From a bacterium (lineage in GTDB: Bacteria; SAR324; NAC60-12): a stretch of DNA of 64,000 bases. Both the position numbers and the translations under genes were made by a program. The stretch lies in contig OZ242383.1 in the NCBI GenBank assembly GCA_965209155.1, positions 1,088,001 through 1,152,000 of the forward strand. Reading direction: 5' to 3'. A model generated the notes under the pieces. The model worked only from the letters and a program-made list of their open reading frames with translations. It did no database searches and was not told the DNA's origin. Below, in pieces: positions 10,451 through 21,209 of the stretch; positions within the stretch are counted from its first letter, which is position 1; each line of letters starts with the position of its first letter.

Positions 10451-11025
10451 GGAGTTCGGCTTGAAAGTTTGAATCTTTAAGCAAGTATTGACGTTCCAGT
10501 TCCTCTAATTGATTTTGGAGACCTTTGGATTCCTTCAATCATCGTCTCAACCGATGCACTGCAAAGCGGATCGTCGAATCATCTCGATTGAATACTTTTC
10601 CGACCTCCCGAATCGTTGCGGACTTCTAATCGAAAGCCAACAGGCCAATCATCGCGCGGGCTTCACTCGACTTTCGTGACTGCCCGGCACTGCTTAATTC
10701 CTGCTCCGGTAGTTGATAAACTCGATCCACTTGATGAATGATCCGTCCTGAAAGAAGAGGAGAACAGGGAAGGACATGTTTGATCGCTCATAATACAAAA
10801 GTTGTGAATCCGATGATCGAAGCGTCGGGAACCTTCTTGGAGCAAGTGATAAAATAGTCGATAGTCGGGGGGACAGAATAAAACGGGTTACCATCCATTG
10901 CCATGAAGCATCACATGCTAAAGCACACCAGGATAGTAAAGGCGTGGTTGACGAGCCATCTTCAGAAACCAGCGAGAAGGAAAGTCAAAACGATTTAAAA
11001 AAAATATAACGCTAATTTTCCATCA
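10451..11025 (-). mobile_element. RAYT/Y1-transposase remnant copy 2 (no REP module; right inverted repeat split by an intron)
   Basis: Begins GGAGTTCGGCTTGAAAGTTTG; encodes MARQPRLYYPG... and ...EQELSSAGQSRKSSEARAMIGLLAF pieces. Confidence 0.85.
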
Positions 11026-11723
11026 GTCACCGTAAAGAACTGACTTATAGTGGTTTCGAGCCACCTTTCGTCATTCCTCCGGCACAGATCCGGACGTGCG
11101 CTACTAACGCATCCGGCTCCTGCCTCGAGTCAGACGCTCAAACGTTGATTCGCCGTTTGGCGTACCCTGTCTAGGCCACTCTCTGATTTTACCGGACTCT
11201 GGGTTCCGGGCACAGGAGGGTAAGCAGAATTTCTCTCGGCCAAGTCCCTTGGCTCCACTAGCTCCGTTGATTTCCTTTGCATTGTTAGATCTCTGCAAGT
11301 GATTTCATTGTTCGCCGCTTCATCGCTACTGTGAACTTGTCCGACTTCCTGAAAACTTGGATGCCGGGGTTATTTATTAATTTTCCGGCCCGACTGCCAA
11401 GGGAACATTGACAGTCATCTTCAGGATCTCCCAGGTTCCGATCAAGAAACTTCCACACATGCACCGGGTCTTTGACTCCGCCAGGCCCAACCGGGACTCA
11501 CGCTAGCGCCTTTGGTTGATATGGCCTTCCCCACCAGGCTACAGGGTCGGCACCTGAAACTATGATTTCGGAGCTCAATAACCGAGCCTATGCGCTCCCC
11601 TGTCAACGTTTAGCGCTTATCCTTACGGATAACCACCCATGATTCGGGGCCTCGGCAGGTCGTTACTGCCTTACCGAGTAAGAGACTTTCACTCTCTATT
11701 TCTTGCCAGCTTTCCTGGCGCAC
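11026..11723 (-). ncRNA. ORF-less group II intron, copy 1 (698 nt)
   Basis: Minus strand starts GTGCG and ends ...GGTGAC; domain V GAGCCGGATGCGTTAGTAGCGCACGTCCGGATC followed by a domain VI-like hairpin. Confidence 0.9.
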
Positions 11724-11833
11724 AGCCAGACCCCCTTTGTAAACTCCAAATTTCACACTTGCGCGTTTTTCTATAGATTGGCATCATAAAATGACAATCC
11801 AATGTATTTTGTCATGCAACCGATGAAAGGAAA

Positions 11834-12646
11834 ATGATAAACTGGCATCGCCTTTTTGGCTTGGCGCTTACCGATTTTTTTACCGATTCCACCTGGGTTG
11901 TAGAGTTGGAAAAGGATCTGTCTCTCAAAAGACAGCTGCTGGATGTCGTCATTTTGAGGAAAGCGACAGGTCACCTGATCGAGCCCTTGCCGGATGGTTT
12001 GGACAATCTGAGGCAATACAATCTGCTCAGTTACAAATCTCTGAGAGAGCCCTTTGATGATTGGGCCTTGAAAGAACTGACCGGGCATTATGTGAATTAT
12101 CGAAAGCAGATCAGTCCTTCGTTTCAGGACCTGTTACCTGAAGAGGAATTTCAACTCTATGGCGTGTGTTCCCGTTATCCACAAAAACTCGCTACCCAGG
12201 TGGAGTTCCAGGTGATCCAAGAGGGAGTCTATGAGATTCAGCGGGGGAGTGACCTCATTCGGCTGATTGTACTGAGTGAGATCACTCATGCGGAGCATAA
12301 TGCGATTTGGCATTTATTCAGTGGCATTCCCGGAGAAGTTGAGTTTGCCTCGCGTCAATACCGTGGGCATACCCGGGAAATCAGTACGATATTAAATCAA
12401 CTCTTTGAGAACTATCAATTGGAGGGATTAGAGATGGCCTATACGATGAAAGATTTTCAAAAAGATTATGTACGCGAGCATTTAGGTGTACTTTCAACCG
12501 ATGAGGTCCTCAAACGGTTTTCGACCGATGAGGTCCTCAAACGGTTTTCGACCGATGAGGTCCTCAAACGCTTTTCTCTGGAAGAGATTCAGAAATATCT
12601 GGAAAAGAAGCAAAAGCGAAATCGAGCAAATGCCCCACATAAATAG
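11834..12646 (+). CDS. Rpn-like / PD-(D/E)XK-related protein with C-terminal STDEVLKRF repeats (intact copy)
   Basis: 270 aa; RBS AAGGAAA; LDVVIL...LLSYKS motif; internal GGAGG-N8-ATG at 12421-12436. Confidence 0.65.
   Translation: MINWHRLFGLALTDFFTDSTWVVELEKDLSLKRQLLDVVILRKATGHLIEPLPDGLDNLRQYNLLSYKSLREPFDDWALKELTGHYVNYRKQISPSFQDLLPEEEFQLYGVCSRYPQKLATQVEFQVIQEGVYEIQRGSDLIRLIVLSEITHAEHNAIWHLFSGIPGEVEFASRQYRGHTREISTILNQLFENYQLEGLEMAYTMKDFQKDYVREHLGVLSTDEVLKRFSTDEVLKRFSTDEVLKRFSLEEIQKYLEKKQKRNRANAPHK
12494..12574 (+). repeat. 27-bp coding tandem repeat x3 (x4 at 20158-20265, x3 at 22448-22528)
   Basis: TCGACCGATGAGGTCCTCAAACGGTTT units. Confidence 0.9.
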
Positions 12647-12814
12647 GTTTATTCTTGCTGAAGCGCTTCGAGCCGCTCGTCGAAGGGGATGACATACCCC
12701 TTTAAACCTATCCCATTCCACCCATTGGTTTCGACTCGGCCCACCCCCTGAAGTAGATCTCGTTAACTGTCTCCAGATCCAGTGCCTTCTGCAGTTTTGG
12801 TATCAATCATTTTC

Positions 12815-13340
12815 GTTGTCTGGCTTGAATGTTTGAAACTTCAAGCAAGTATTGACGTTTCAATTCCTCTAATTGATTTTGGAGCCCCTGGGATTCCTTC
12901 AATCGTTGTTTCAACTAGTGCACTGCAAAGCGGATCGTCAAATCATCTCGATTGAATACTTTTCCGACCTCCCGAATCGTTGCGGACATCCAATCGAAAG
13001 CCAACAGGCCAATCATCGCGCGGGCTTCACTCAACTTTCGTGCTGCAGAGTAACCGTGTCATTCCTGGCTTGACCAGGAATCCAGAGGTATGCAGCCAGA
13101 CTGAAATCTGGATTCCGGGTCTTCGCCTGGAATGACATATACGCCAGGATTCTCCTATTTTTGAAGATTGATGTCGAACTCGGGTTAATTCCTGCTCCGG
13201 TAGTTGATAAATTCGAGCCACTTGATGAATGATCCGTCCTGAAAGAGGGGGAGTACAGGGAGGGACATGATTGCTCGTAAAATAAAAGGCGTGAATCCGA
13301 TGATCAAAGCATATGCAACCTTCTTGGAGCAAATGATAAG
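12815..13340 (-). mobile_element. RAYT/Y1-transposase remnant copy 3 (right end truncated)
   Basis: Left inverted repeat GTCTGGCTTGAATGTTTG; contains the REP doublet module. Confidence 0.85.
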
Positions 13341-13527
13341 GGAATTATATACCGAAGTGCCCACCCGCAGAGGCGGGCAGCCCCCCCTCCCGTCGGAATC
13401 ACTCATCGGGATAGAATCCGGATGCGGTAGTGTATCTGTTTGAAAATTAAGAGGAGAATGAAAAAAGACGCCATAAGAACGATACCAGTTTTCTTATGGC
13501 GTTGGGATGGTTATTGTTCAGCCGATT

Positions 13528-13743
13528 TTATAAATTCATTCTGTGTAAAGCATCATCGACTTTCTTGACTACACGTTTATCTAATTCATCAAACATGCGC
13601 TTGTCTCTGGCATCCATATCTTCAAATATACGCTTGTCTCTCGCGTCCAGTTCTTCTTTAGTCTGTCGTTGCATTTCACTCATCAGCATATGAATTCCTT
13701 GCGCTATCATAAGCGCTCCTCCGTTTAATTGATTCTTATCCAT
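13528..13743 (-). CDS. Small coiled-coil-like hypothetical protein
   Basis: MDKNQLNGGALMIAQG...DARDKRIFEDMDARDKRMFDELDKR, preceded by AAGGGGG. Confidence 0.55.
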   Translation of the reverse strand: MDKNQLNGGALMIAQGIHMLMSEMQRQTKEELDARDKRIFEDMDARDKRMFDELDKRVVKKVDDALHRMNL

Positions 13744-13867
13744 AGCAATCCCCCTTAAAATATTAAAATTAATTTTTTCACTAAAACAACTTAGTGAAGG
13801 CATGATCAAGACAGTATGATATATATATTTGCATAATGTCAACCCCCAAAATATAAAAATATCGGAA

Positions 13868-13965
13868 TCACTCATCGGGATAGAAGCCGGATGCAACCAC
13901 GAAAACCTGTTCCTGTCCTGGCAACCGGAAGCCTGTGGCGTATGCGATCTTCCGCGAGCCGGTCT
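13868..13965 (-). pseudogene. C-terminal part of a Cache-domain-like gene interrupted by IS21
   Basis: Joins 17682-17985 in frame: ...DNPAVEGDE|ETGSRKIAYATGFRLPGQEQVFVVASGFYPDE*. Confidence 0.8.
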
Positions 13966-14318
13966 CCTCGTGTTAACGCCACTGTAAAACTTAACCAAGT
14001 GTGGCGACTTGAATGATAGCCAATAGTTAGCGGATGTTTTTTTACTACTTTTTACTTTGTCTCGTTTTTTCTTCTATTCATTTACTTTCCAATCAATAAA
14101 TTTTGTTTTCCTCTCCATTTTCTTTCTCATGCTTGTTCTTCCTTCCTCTGAGAGCTGAATCAACATGGAGCGAGCAATGGTGTAAGAAGTTGTTTTACCT
14201 GTTCATTTTTCTTCTTCATTTGAGTGGGAGGCAGTGATTTCTTTGATACTTTGAGTCATGTTCCTGTAAGACAAGTTTTTCTTGAAGGAAGCCCCTCAAA
14301 GCATCAACAGGAGATCCT

Positions 14319-14849
14319 ATGCAAACAGGTAGATGCATCAACTGCCACCAATTTTTCCTCCGCCGCCCTCAAAACAAGGAGCAAAGTTACTGCAGCCTGA
14401 AGAGGTGTCAGCGTGCGCGCAAGACGAATTGGGAGCGTAAAAAGTTAGCCAGCGATCCAGACTATCAACAGAACCGAAAAGCTAGTCAGAAGGCTTGGCA
14501 AGAAAGCCACCGCGATTATTGGAAAGTCTATCGAGAAAAACATCCAGTTCAGGCTGAGCGCAATCGAAAACTTCAGTTGATCCGCAATGCCAAACAGCGG
14601 GGGTATATTGTGGAAAAACTCTCGATGAATACCATTCCTTCCATCTCTCCGCTCAGATCAAAGCCCTTCTCGCTCTCATCAGTGCCGATTGCAAAGACGG
14701 ACGCGTCCATCCCTTATCAATTCTGCCTTATCGCCTCCTCCGATGAGGATTTGATTGCAAAGATGGACGCGTCAAATTCCTCCCCTGCCCAGATTTTTAA
14801 GGCTTTTGTTGAGCTTCCTTTGATTGCAAAGATGGACGCGTTAACCTAA
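14319..14849 (+). CDS. IS21-associated Cys-rich basic hypothetical protein
   Basis: CxxC...YCxxxxC, RBS AGGAG, IAKMDA repeats. Confidence 0.75.
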   Translation: MQTGRCINCHQFFLRRPQNKEQSYCSLKRCQRARKTNWERKKLASDPDYQQNRKASQKAWQESHRDYWKVYREKHPVQAERNRKLQLIRNAKQRGYIVEKLSMNTIPSISPLRSKPFSLSSVPIAKTDASIPYQFCLIASSDEDLIAKMDASNSSPAQIFKAFVELPLIAKMDALT

Positions 14850-14973
14850 AAGAACCTTGAGATATCAACAACTTATCCGTGATTGCAAAGAAGGACTTTA
14901 TTGCCACCACCCTTCAGTTGAGTTAAAAACGATGAAAACCTTGTTAACCATCCATCCAAAAGAAGGAGCTGTG

Positions 14974-15327
14974 ATGAGAAAGCAGTTGATTATGAAAAGC
15001 AGACGACGGGTGATCGAGGGAAGTTTTAGCTTCATTCCTCACCGATTTTTGAGGGAGGGCTTTTTTGAATGCCTGCGATCTGAGGAATTGATCTTATATT
15101 TTTTTTATGTGATGGCCGCGGATGCTCAAGGACTTTCCTACTACAGTCCCAAGACCATCACTCAACTGCTGAAAATGGAGAGGGATGTCTATCAACAGGC
15201 CTTGAGTGGTTTATTGCAAATGGATCTGATCGCCACAGAAGAGACCTTAGTGCAGGTCCTTCACTTGCCCCTGTCTCCACTAAGAAGATCCCCCTCACCC
15301 TCTGACTGTAAAGGTCCCTGTGATTGA
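14974..15327 (+). CDS. IS21-associated winged-HTH-like protein
   Basis: RBS AAGGAG; SFSFIPHRFL...GLSYYS; overlaps the istA start. Confidence 0.7.
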   Translation: MRKQLIMKSRRRVIEGSFSFIPHRFLREGFFECLRSEELILYFFYVMAADAQGLSYYSPKTITQLLKMERDVYQQALSGLLQMDLIATEETLVQVLHLPLSPLRRSPSPSDCKGPCD

Positions 15328-16786
15328 TCAGCATACTCTCTTTGAAATCCATCGCCTGCATGCAGAAGGACTTTCTCAGCGAAAAATTGCTCTTCGCTTG
15401 AACCTTTCCCGTGCGACGGTGAAGCGGCATCTCTGCCATCCTCAAATTGTGCGAAAAAAAATTAAAAAACCATCTAAACTCAATCCTTTTAAAGCGCATA
15501 TGGAGCAATGGTTGCAAAGTGATGCCAGCCTCAGCGCAACGGTGGTTTTGCAGCGTCTGCAAGGGCTTGGATTCGAGGGGAGGTATGGGATTGTGAAAGA
15601 CTATCTCAGAAAGATTCGCCCCAAACCCGCTGCGATGCCCATCAGACGCTTTGAAAGCCAGCCGGGGGAACAGTTCCAAATCGATTGGGGTTTTTTTGGC
15701 AAACTCAGCTATGGACAAACCCAGCGAAAGCTTTATGCCCTGGCTGTCATTGAATGCCATAGCCGAAAACTCTTTGTTTATTTTAGCCATTCGACAGACC
15801 AGACGGCTTTCCATCAGGCTTTATTAACCGCCTTCCAGTTCTACGGAGGAACTACCAAAGAACTGGTGTTTGATAACATGAAAACCGCCGTCGTTGAACG
15901 AGTGGGATCCATCATCCGATTTAACGGAGCCTTTTTAGATTTTCTCCGCCCCTTTCAGCTCATCCCGAAGGCTTGTTCGCCGAGGCTTCCGCGATCGAAA
16001 GGCAAAGTGGAGAGGGTGATCCGCTATATTCGGGATAATTTTTGGCCTCTTCGTCAGTTCAAAGATCTGGCCGATGTCCAGCAGCAAATGAATCATTGGC
16101 TGCAGACAGTGGCCAATGTGCGCCAGCATCAAACCACCTTAGAAAAACCCGATGAACGCTTTCAACCTCAAACGCTTCGAGCCTTGCCCCCTTGCTTGCC
16201 CGATTGTTATCTGACCCGCCGTGTGACTGTCTTAGCCGATGCCACCGTGACCTTCGATTCAAATTATTATTCCGTACCCGACTGGACATTAGGACACCGG
16301 CTCACCCTCAAAGCCGACCAATATGAGGTCTTGCTCTTTATTAAAGAGCGCCGTGTGGCCCAGCATTTAAGATCTTGGCAACGCAAACAAAGGCTGGAAA
16401 ATCCCAAACATCGAAACCCTCAAAAACGCTCCCCTCTACCGCATCCGGACTGTGTTTATTTTCTTTCATTGGCGCCCTGTTGCCAAACCTTTCTGCAGGG
16501 CATCAATCAATCGGGGATGGCTTTACAAAAGACGATTCAGCAACTGCTCAAACTTTTAGAGCAATACGGCTTAGACTCTTTAGTCATTGCCCTTGAAAAG
16601 GCCATCCATCACCACGCTTTTGGCCTCGATTATGTCAAAAATATCCTCTACCAGGAAATGAGGCCCGTCTCCCATCAACCTCCAGTGGTTTTGAAACAAG
16701 AAGCCTTAAATCATATCCGCCTCACCCCGCATTCGCTGGCCGAATATGATGCCCTCGTCCTGCAGAGAAAGAAGGGGGAGAGATGA
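15320..16786 (+). CDS. istA: IS21 transposase
   Basis: N-terminal HTH, RFESQPGEQFQIDWG, FDNMKT, KGKVER. Confidence 0.95.
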   Translation: MIDQHTLFEIHRLHAEGLSQRKIALRLNLSRATVKRHLCHPQIVRKKIKKPSKLNPFKAHMEQWLQSDASLSATVVLQRLQGLGFEGRYGIVKDYLRKIRPKPAAMPIRRFESQPGEQFQIDWGFFGKLSYGQTQRKLYALAVIECHSRKLFVYFSHSTDQTAFHQALLTAFQFYGGTTKELVFDNMKTAVVERVGSIIRFNGAFLDFLRPFQLIPKACSPRLPRSKGKVERVIRYIRDNFWPLRQFKDLADVQQQMNHWLQTVANVRQHQTTLEKPDERFQPQTLRALPPCLPDCYLTRRVTVLADATVTFDSNYYSVPDWTLGHRLTLKADQYEVLLFIKERRVAQHLRSWQRKQRLENPKHRNPQKRSPLPHPDCVYFLSLAPCCQTFLQGINQSGMALQKTIQQLLKLLEQYGLDSLVIALEKAIHHHAFGLDYVKNILYQEMRPVSHQPPVVLKQEALNHIRLTPHSLAEYDALVLQRKKGER

Positions 16787-17520
16787 GTGAAAAAATAAAA
16801 AAACAATGTCAGAGCCTCCATCTCAGTGGCCTTTGCCAGCATTTTGAAGCGATTTTTAAAACTGCCTCGCAAAAAAACTGGACTCATCATCAATTGCTCG
16901 AGAGCTTGTTTGATCTCGAACTGGACCATCGTCTCCATAAGCGCATTCAATTGCGCTTGAAGCAAGCCAAACTGCCCGCCACTCCCACCATCGAGAGCTT
17001 TGATTTTGCCCACCACCCCTCTCGAAAAAAGAACAAAGGCAGAATTTTACAATTGATGCAATTGGACTTTATCAAGAATAGCGAGGATGTTATCCTGATT
17101 GGCAATCCAGGGGTGGGCAAGACCCACTTGGCTTTATGCCTGGCATACGAGGCCACTCAGAACGCCATGCGCACTTTATTTACCACAGCAACCGACATGA
17201 TTAACCATTTGATTGCTGCCGAATCGGACCATTCCCTGGTCAAAAAACTCAGCCATTACACCGAACCGGACCTCCTCCTCTGCGATGAGATCGGTTATCT
17301 GCCACTGGATCAACAAGGAAGCAGCCTCTTTTTCCAGGTCATTAGTCGCAGGCATCAGAGAAAATCAACCTTTCTCACCACAAACCTGCCTTTTGCCCAA
17401 TGGGGGAATCTCTTTGATTCGACCACTGTGGCCACTGCCATTGCAGATCGACTGGTAATGAATTCGGAGGTTATCATTTTAGAAGGAGAAAGCTATCGTA
17501 GAAATAAAAGAAAAAAATGA
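16783..17520 (+). CDS. istB: IS21 helper ATPase
   Basis: GNPGVGKT Walker A, LCDEIGY, AIADRL, GESYR. Confidence 0.95.
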   Translation: MSEKIKKQCQSLHLSGLCQHFEAIFKTASQKNWTHHQLLESLFDLELDHRLHKRIQLRLKQAKLPATPTIESFDFAHHPSRKKNKGRILQLMQLDFIKNSEDVILIGNPGVGKTHLALCLAYEATQNAMRTLFTTATDMINHLIAAESDHSLVKKLSHYTEPDLLLCDEIGYLPLDQQGSSLFFQVISRRHQRKSTFLTTNLPFAQWGNLFDSTTVATAIADRLVMNSEVIILEGESYRRNKRKK

Positions 17521-17681
17521 AAAAGGCATATAGCCCCTTCCATCCGCTGTTTTAAAGGTATGAGGCCACATCACATCACTGCACCTTGTCGCTCAATACT
17601 CAACCTACTCCTCTGCCCACTTAACTACGTGGTAAACTTCCAAATTGCCGTTTTTGGTATACTTTACTACTGCCATCAACA

Positions 17682-17985
17682 CCTCGTCGCCCTCCACCGC
17701 CGGGTTGTCGAACATGTACTCGACGTAGCCGCCGCCGGCCTCGCCCGCCGCCAGCAACTCCCGAAGGTAGCGGACGCCGTTAACGTCCTCGCAGTCTATG
17801 TCCTCGAATTGACGGTCCTCGAACCGAAAAGGGAAGCCCCCGTGGAAGAGCGTGTATGCGTCGGTGCTGATTACGAAGATGTAGACCGAGCCCGATTTCC
17901 AGTCGCCGACCTCTTGTCGAAAGGCGGTCTTCGTGTCTGCCAGTCCTCTCAAGTTCGGCGATAGCGTGGCATCTCGATACTGAAA
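17682..17985 (-). pseudogene. Upstream part of the Cache-domain-like gene, 5'-truncated at the RAYT inverted repeat
   Basis: WKSGSVYIFV...GGGYVEYMFDNP; the frame stays open up to the inverted repeat at 17987. Confidence 0.7.
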
Positions 17986-17986
17986 T

Positions 17987-18689
17987 GGGGTCTGGCTTGA
18001 ATGTTTGAAACTTCAAGCAAGTATTTGACGTTCCAGTTCCTTTAATTGATTTTGGAGACTCCCGGATTCCTTCAATCGTTGTTTCAACTGGTGCACTGCA
18101 AAGCGGATCGTAGAATCATCTCGATTGAAAACTTTTCCGACCTCCCGAATCGTCGCGGACTTCCAATTGAAAGCCAACATGCCAATCATCGCGTAGGCTT
18201 CACTCAACTTTCATGACTGCAGAGAAACCGTGTCATTCCTGGCTTGACCAGGAATCCAGAGGTATACAGCCAGACTGAAATCTGGGTTCCGGGTCTTAGC
18301 CCGGAATGACATATACGCCAGGATACTCCTATAATTGAAGATTTATGTCGAACTCGGGTTAATTCATTCTCTGGTTGTTGATAAACTCGAGCCACTTGAT
18401 GAATGATACATCCTCAAAGAGGAGGAGAACAGGAAGGGACATGTTTGATTGCTCATTAAAAAAGGCGTGAATTCCTTGATCAAAGCATTGGGAAGCTTCT
18501 GGGAGCAAGTGATAAAATTGTCGATAGTCGAGCGGACAGAAAAAAATGGATTGCCCTCCATTGCCACGAAGCATCACATGGTCATTCGCACTAGGATAGT
18601 AAAGGCGTGGTTGACGAGCCACCTTCAGAAACAAGCGAGAAGGAAAGTCAATTCGATTTAAAGAAAAAAATAACGCTAATTTTCCATCA
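17987..18689 (-). mobile_element. RAYT/Y1-transposase remnant copy 4
   Basis: Left inverted repeat GGGGTCTGGCTTGAATGTTTG; right inverted repeat split by an intron. Confidence 0.85.
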
Positions 18690-19387
18690 GTCACCGTAAA
18701 GAACTGACTTATAGTGGTTTTGAGCCACCTTTCGTCATTCCTCCGGCACAGATCCGGACGTGCGCTACTAACGCATCCGGCTCCTGCCTCGAGTCAGACG
18801 CTCAAACGTTGATTCGCCGTTTGGCGTACCCTGTCTAGGCCACTCTCTGATTTTACCGGACTCTGGGTTCCGGGCACAGGAGGGTAAGCAGAATTTCTCT
18901 CGGCCAAGTCCCTTGGCTCCACTAGCTCCGTTGATTTCCTTTGCATTGTTAGATCTCTGCAAGTGATTTCATTGTTCGCCGCTTCATCGCTACTGTGAAC
19001 TTGTCCGACTTCCTGAAAACGTGGATGCTGGGGTTATTTATTAATTTTCCGGCCCGACTGCCAAGGGAACATTGACAGTCATCTTCAGGATCTCCCAGGT
19101 TCCGATCAAGAAACTTCCACACATGCACCGGGTCTTTGACTCCGCCAGGCCCAACCGGGACTCACGCTAGCGCCTTCGGTTGATATTGACTTCCCCACCA
19201 GGCTACAGGGTCGGCACCTGAAACTATGATTTCGGAGCTCAATAACCGAGCCTATGCGCTCCCCTGTCAACGCTTAGCGCTTATCCTTACGGATAACCAC
19301 CCATGACTTGGGGCCTCGGCGGGTCGTTACTGCCTTACCGAGTAAGAGACTTTCACTCTCTATTTCTTGCCAGCTTTCCTGGCGCAC
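18690..19387 (-). ncRNA. ORF-less group II intron, copy 2 (698 nt)
   Basis: Near-identical to 11026-11723. Confidence 0.9.
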
Positions 19388-19497
19388 AGCCAGACCCCCT
19401 TTGTAAACTCCAAATTTCACACTTGCGCGTTTTTCTATAGATTGGCATCATAAAATGACAATCCAATGTATTTTGTCATGCAACCGATGAAAGGAAA

Positions 19498-20337
19498 ATG
19501 ATAAACTGGCATCGCCTTTTTGGCTTGGCGCTTACCGATTTTTTTACCGATTCCACCTGGGTTGTAGAGTTGGAAAAGGATCTGTCTCTCAAATGACAGC
19601 TGCTGGATGTCGTCATTTTGAGGAAAGCGACAGGTCACCTGATCGAGCCCTTGCCGGATGGTTTGGACAATCTGAGGCAATACAATCTGCTCAGTTACAA
19701 ATCTCTGAGAGAGCCCTTTGATGATTGGGCCTTGAAAGAACTGACCGGGCATTATGTGAATTATCGAAAGCAGATCAGTCCTTCGTTTCAGGACCTGTTA
19801 CCTGAAGAGGAATTTCAACTCTATGGCGTGTGTTCCCGTTATCCACAAAAACTCGCTACCCAGGTGGAGTTCCAGGTGATCCAAGAGGGAGTCTATGAGA
19901 TTCAGCGGGGGAGTGACCTCATTCGGCTGATTGTACTGAGTGAGATCACTCATGCGGAGCATAATGCGATTTGGCATTTATTCAGTGGCATTCCCGGAGA
20001 AGTTGAGTTTGCCTCGCGTCAATACCGTGGGCATACCCGGGAAATCAGTACGATATTAAATCAACTCTTTGAGAACTATCAATTGGAGGGATTAGAGATG
20101 GCCTATACGATGAAAGATTTTCAAAAAGATTATGTACGCGAGCATTTAGGTGTACTTTCAACCGATGAGGTCCTCAAACGGTTTTCGACCGATGAGGTCC
20201 TCAAACGGTTTTCGACCGATGAGGTCCTCAAACGGTTTTCGACCGATGAGGTCCTCAAACGCTTTTCTCTGGAAGAGATTCAGAAATATCTGGAAAAGAA
20301 GCAAAAGCGAAATCGAGCAAATGTCCCACATAAATAG
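19498..20337 (+). pseudogene. Rpn-like gene copy 2 with a nonsense mutation; C-terminal ORF 20098-20337 intact
   Basis: AGA>TGA at 19594-19596 relative to copy 1. Confidence 0.85.
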
Positions 20338-20505
20338 GTTTATTCTTGCTGAAGCGCTTCGAGCCGCTCGTCGAAGGGGATGACATACCCCTTTAAACCA
20401 ATCCCATTCCACCCATTGGTTTCGACTCGGCCCACCCCCTGAAGTAGATCTCGTTAACTGTCTCCAGATCCGGTGCCTTCTACAGTTTTGGTGTCAATCA
20501 TTTTC

Positions 20506-21209
20506 GGTGTCTGGCTTGAATGTTTGAAACTTCAAGCAAGTATTTGACGATTCAGTTTCTCTAATTGATTTTGGAGACCCTCGGATTCCTTCAATCGTTG
20601 TTTCAACTAGTGCACGGCAAAGCGGATCGTCGAATCGTCTCGATTGAAAACTTTTCCGACCTCCCGAATCGTTGCGGACTTCCAATCGAAAGCCAACAGG
20701 CCAATCATCGCGCGGGCTTCACTCAACTTTCGTGACTGCAGAGAAACCGTATCATTCCTGGCTTGACCAGGAATCCAGGGGTATGCAGTCAGACTGAAAT
20801 CTGGATTCCGGGTCTTCGCCCGGAATGACAAATACGCCAGGATACTCCTATTTTTGAAGATTTATGTCGAACTCGGGTTAATTCATTCTCCTCTAGTTGA
20901 TAAACTCAAGCCACTTGATGAATGGCCCGTCTTGAAAGAAGAGGAGAACAGGGAAGGACATGTTTGATCGCTCATAATACAAAAGGCGTGAATCCGGTGA
21001 TCAAAGCGTTGGGAACCTTCTTGGAGCGAGTGATAAAAAGGTCGATAGTCGGGGGGACAGAAAAAAATGGATTGCCCTCCATTGCCAGAAGCATCACGTG
21101 GTAAAGCGCACCAGGAAAGCAAAGGCATGGTTGACGAGCTATCTTCAGAAACCTGCGAGAAGGAAAGTCAAATCGATTTAAAGAAAAAAATAACGCTAAT
21201 TTTCCATCA
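20506..21209 (-). mobile_element. RAYT/Y1-transposase remnant copy 5
   Basis: Same structure as copy 4. Confidence 0.85.

Larger units (their letters stand above)
13971..17681 (+). mobile_element. IS21-family element (3711 bp) with two extra ORFs
   Basis: TG...CA ends with imperfect inverted repeats (TGTTAACGCCACTG.. / ..CTACTGCCATCAACA); 5-bp target duplication CCTCG at 13966-13970 and 17682-17686. Confidence 0.9.

Noticed and set aside
11104..11298. 64-aa ORF repeated three times (also 18768 and 21288)
   Set aside because: It lies within the intron RNA domains and is not the intron-encoded protein frame.
17560..17964. 134-aa plus-strand ORF
   Set aside because: It spans the IS21 right end and is antisense to the Cache-like fragment.
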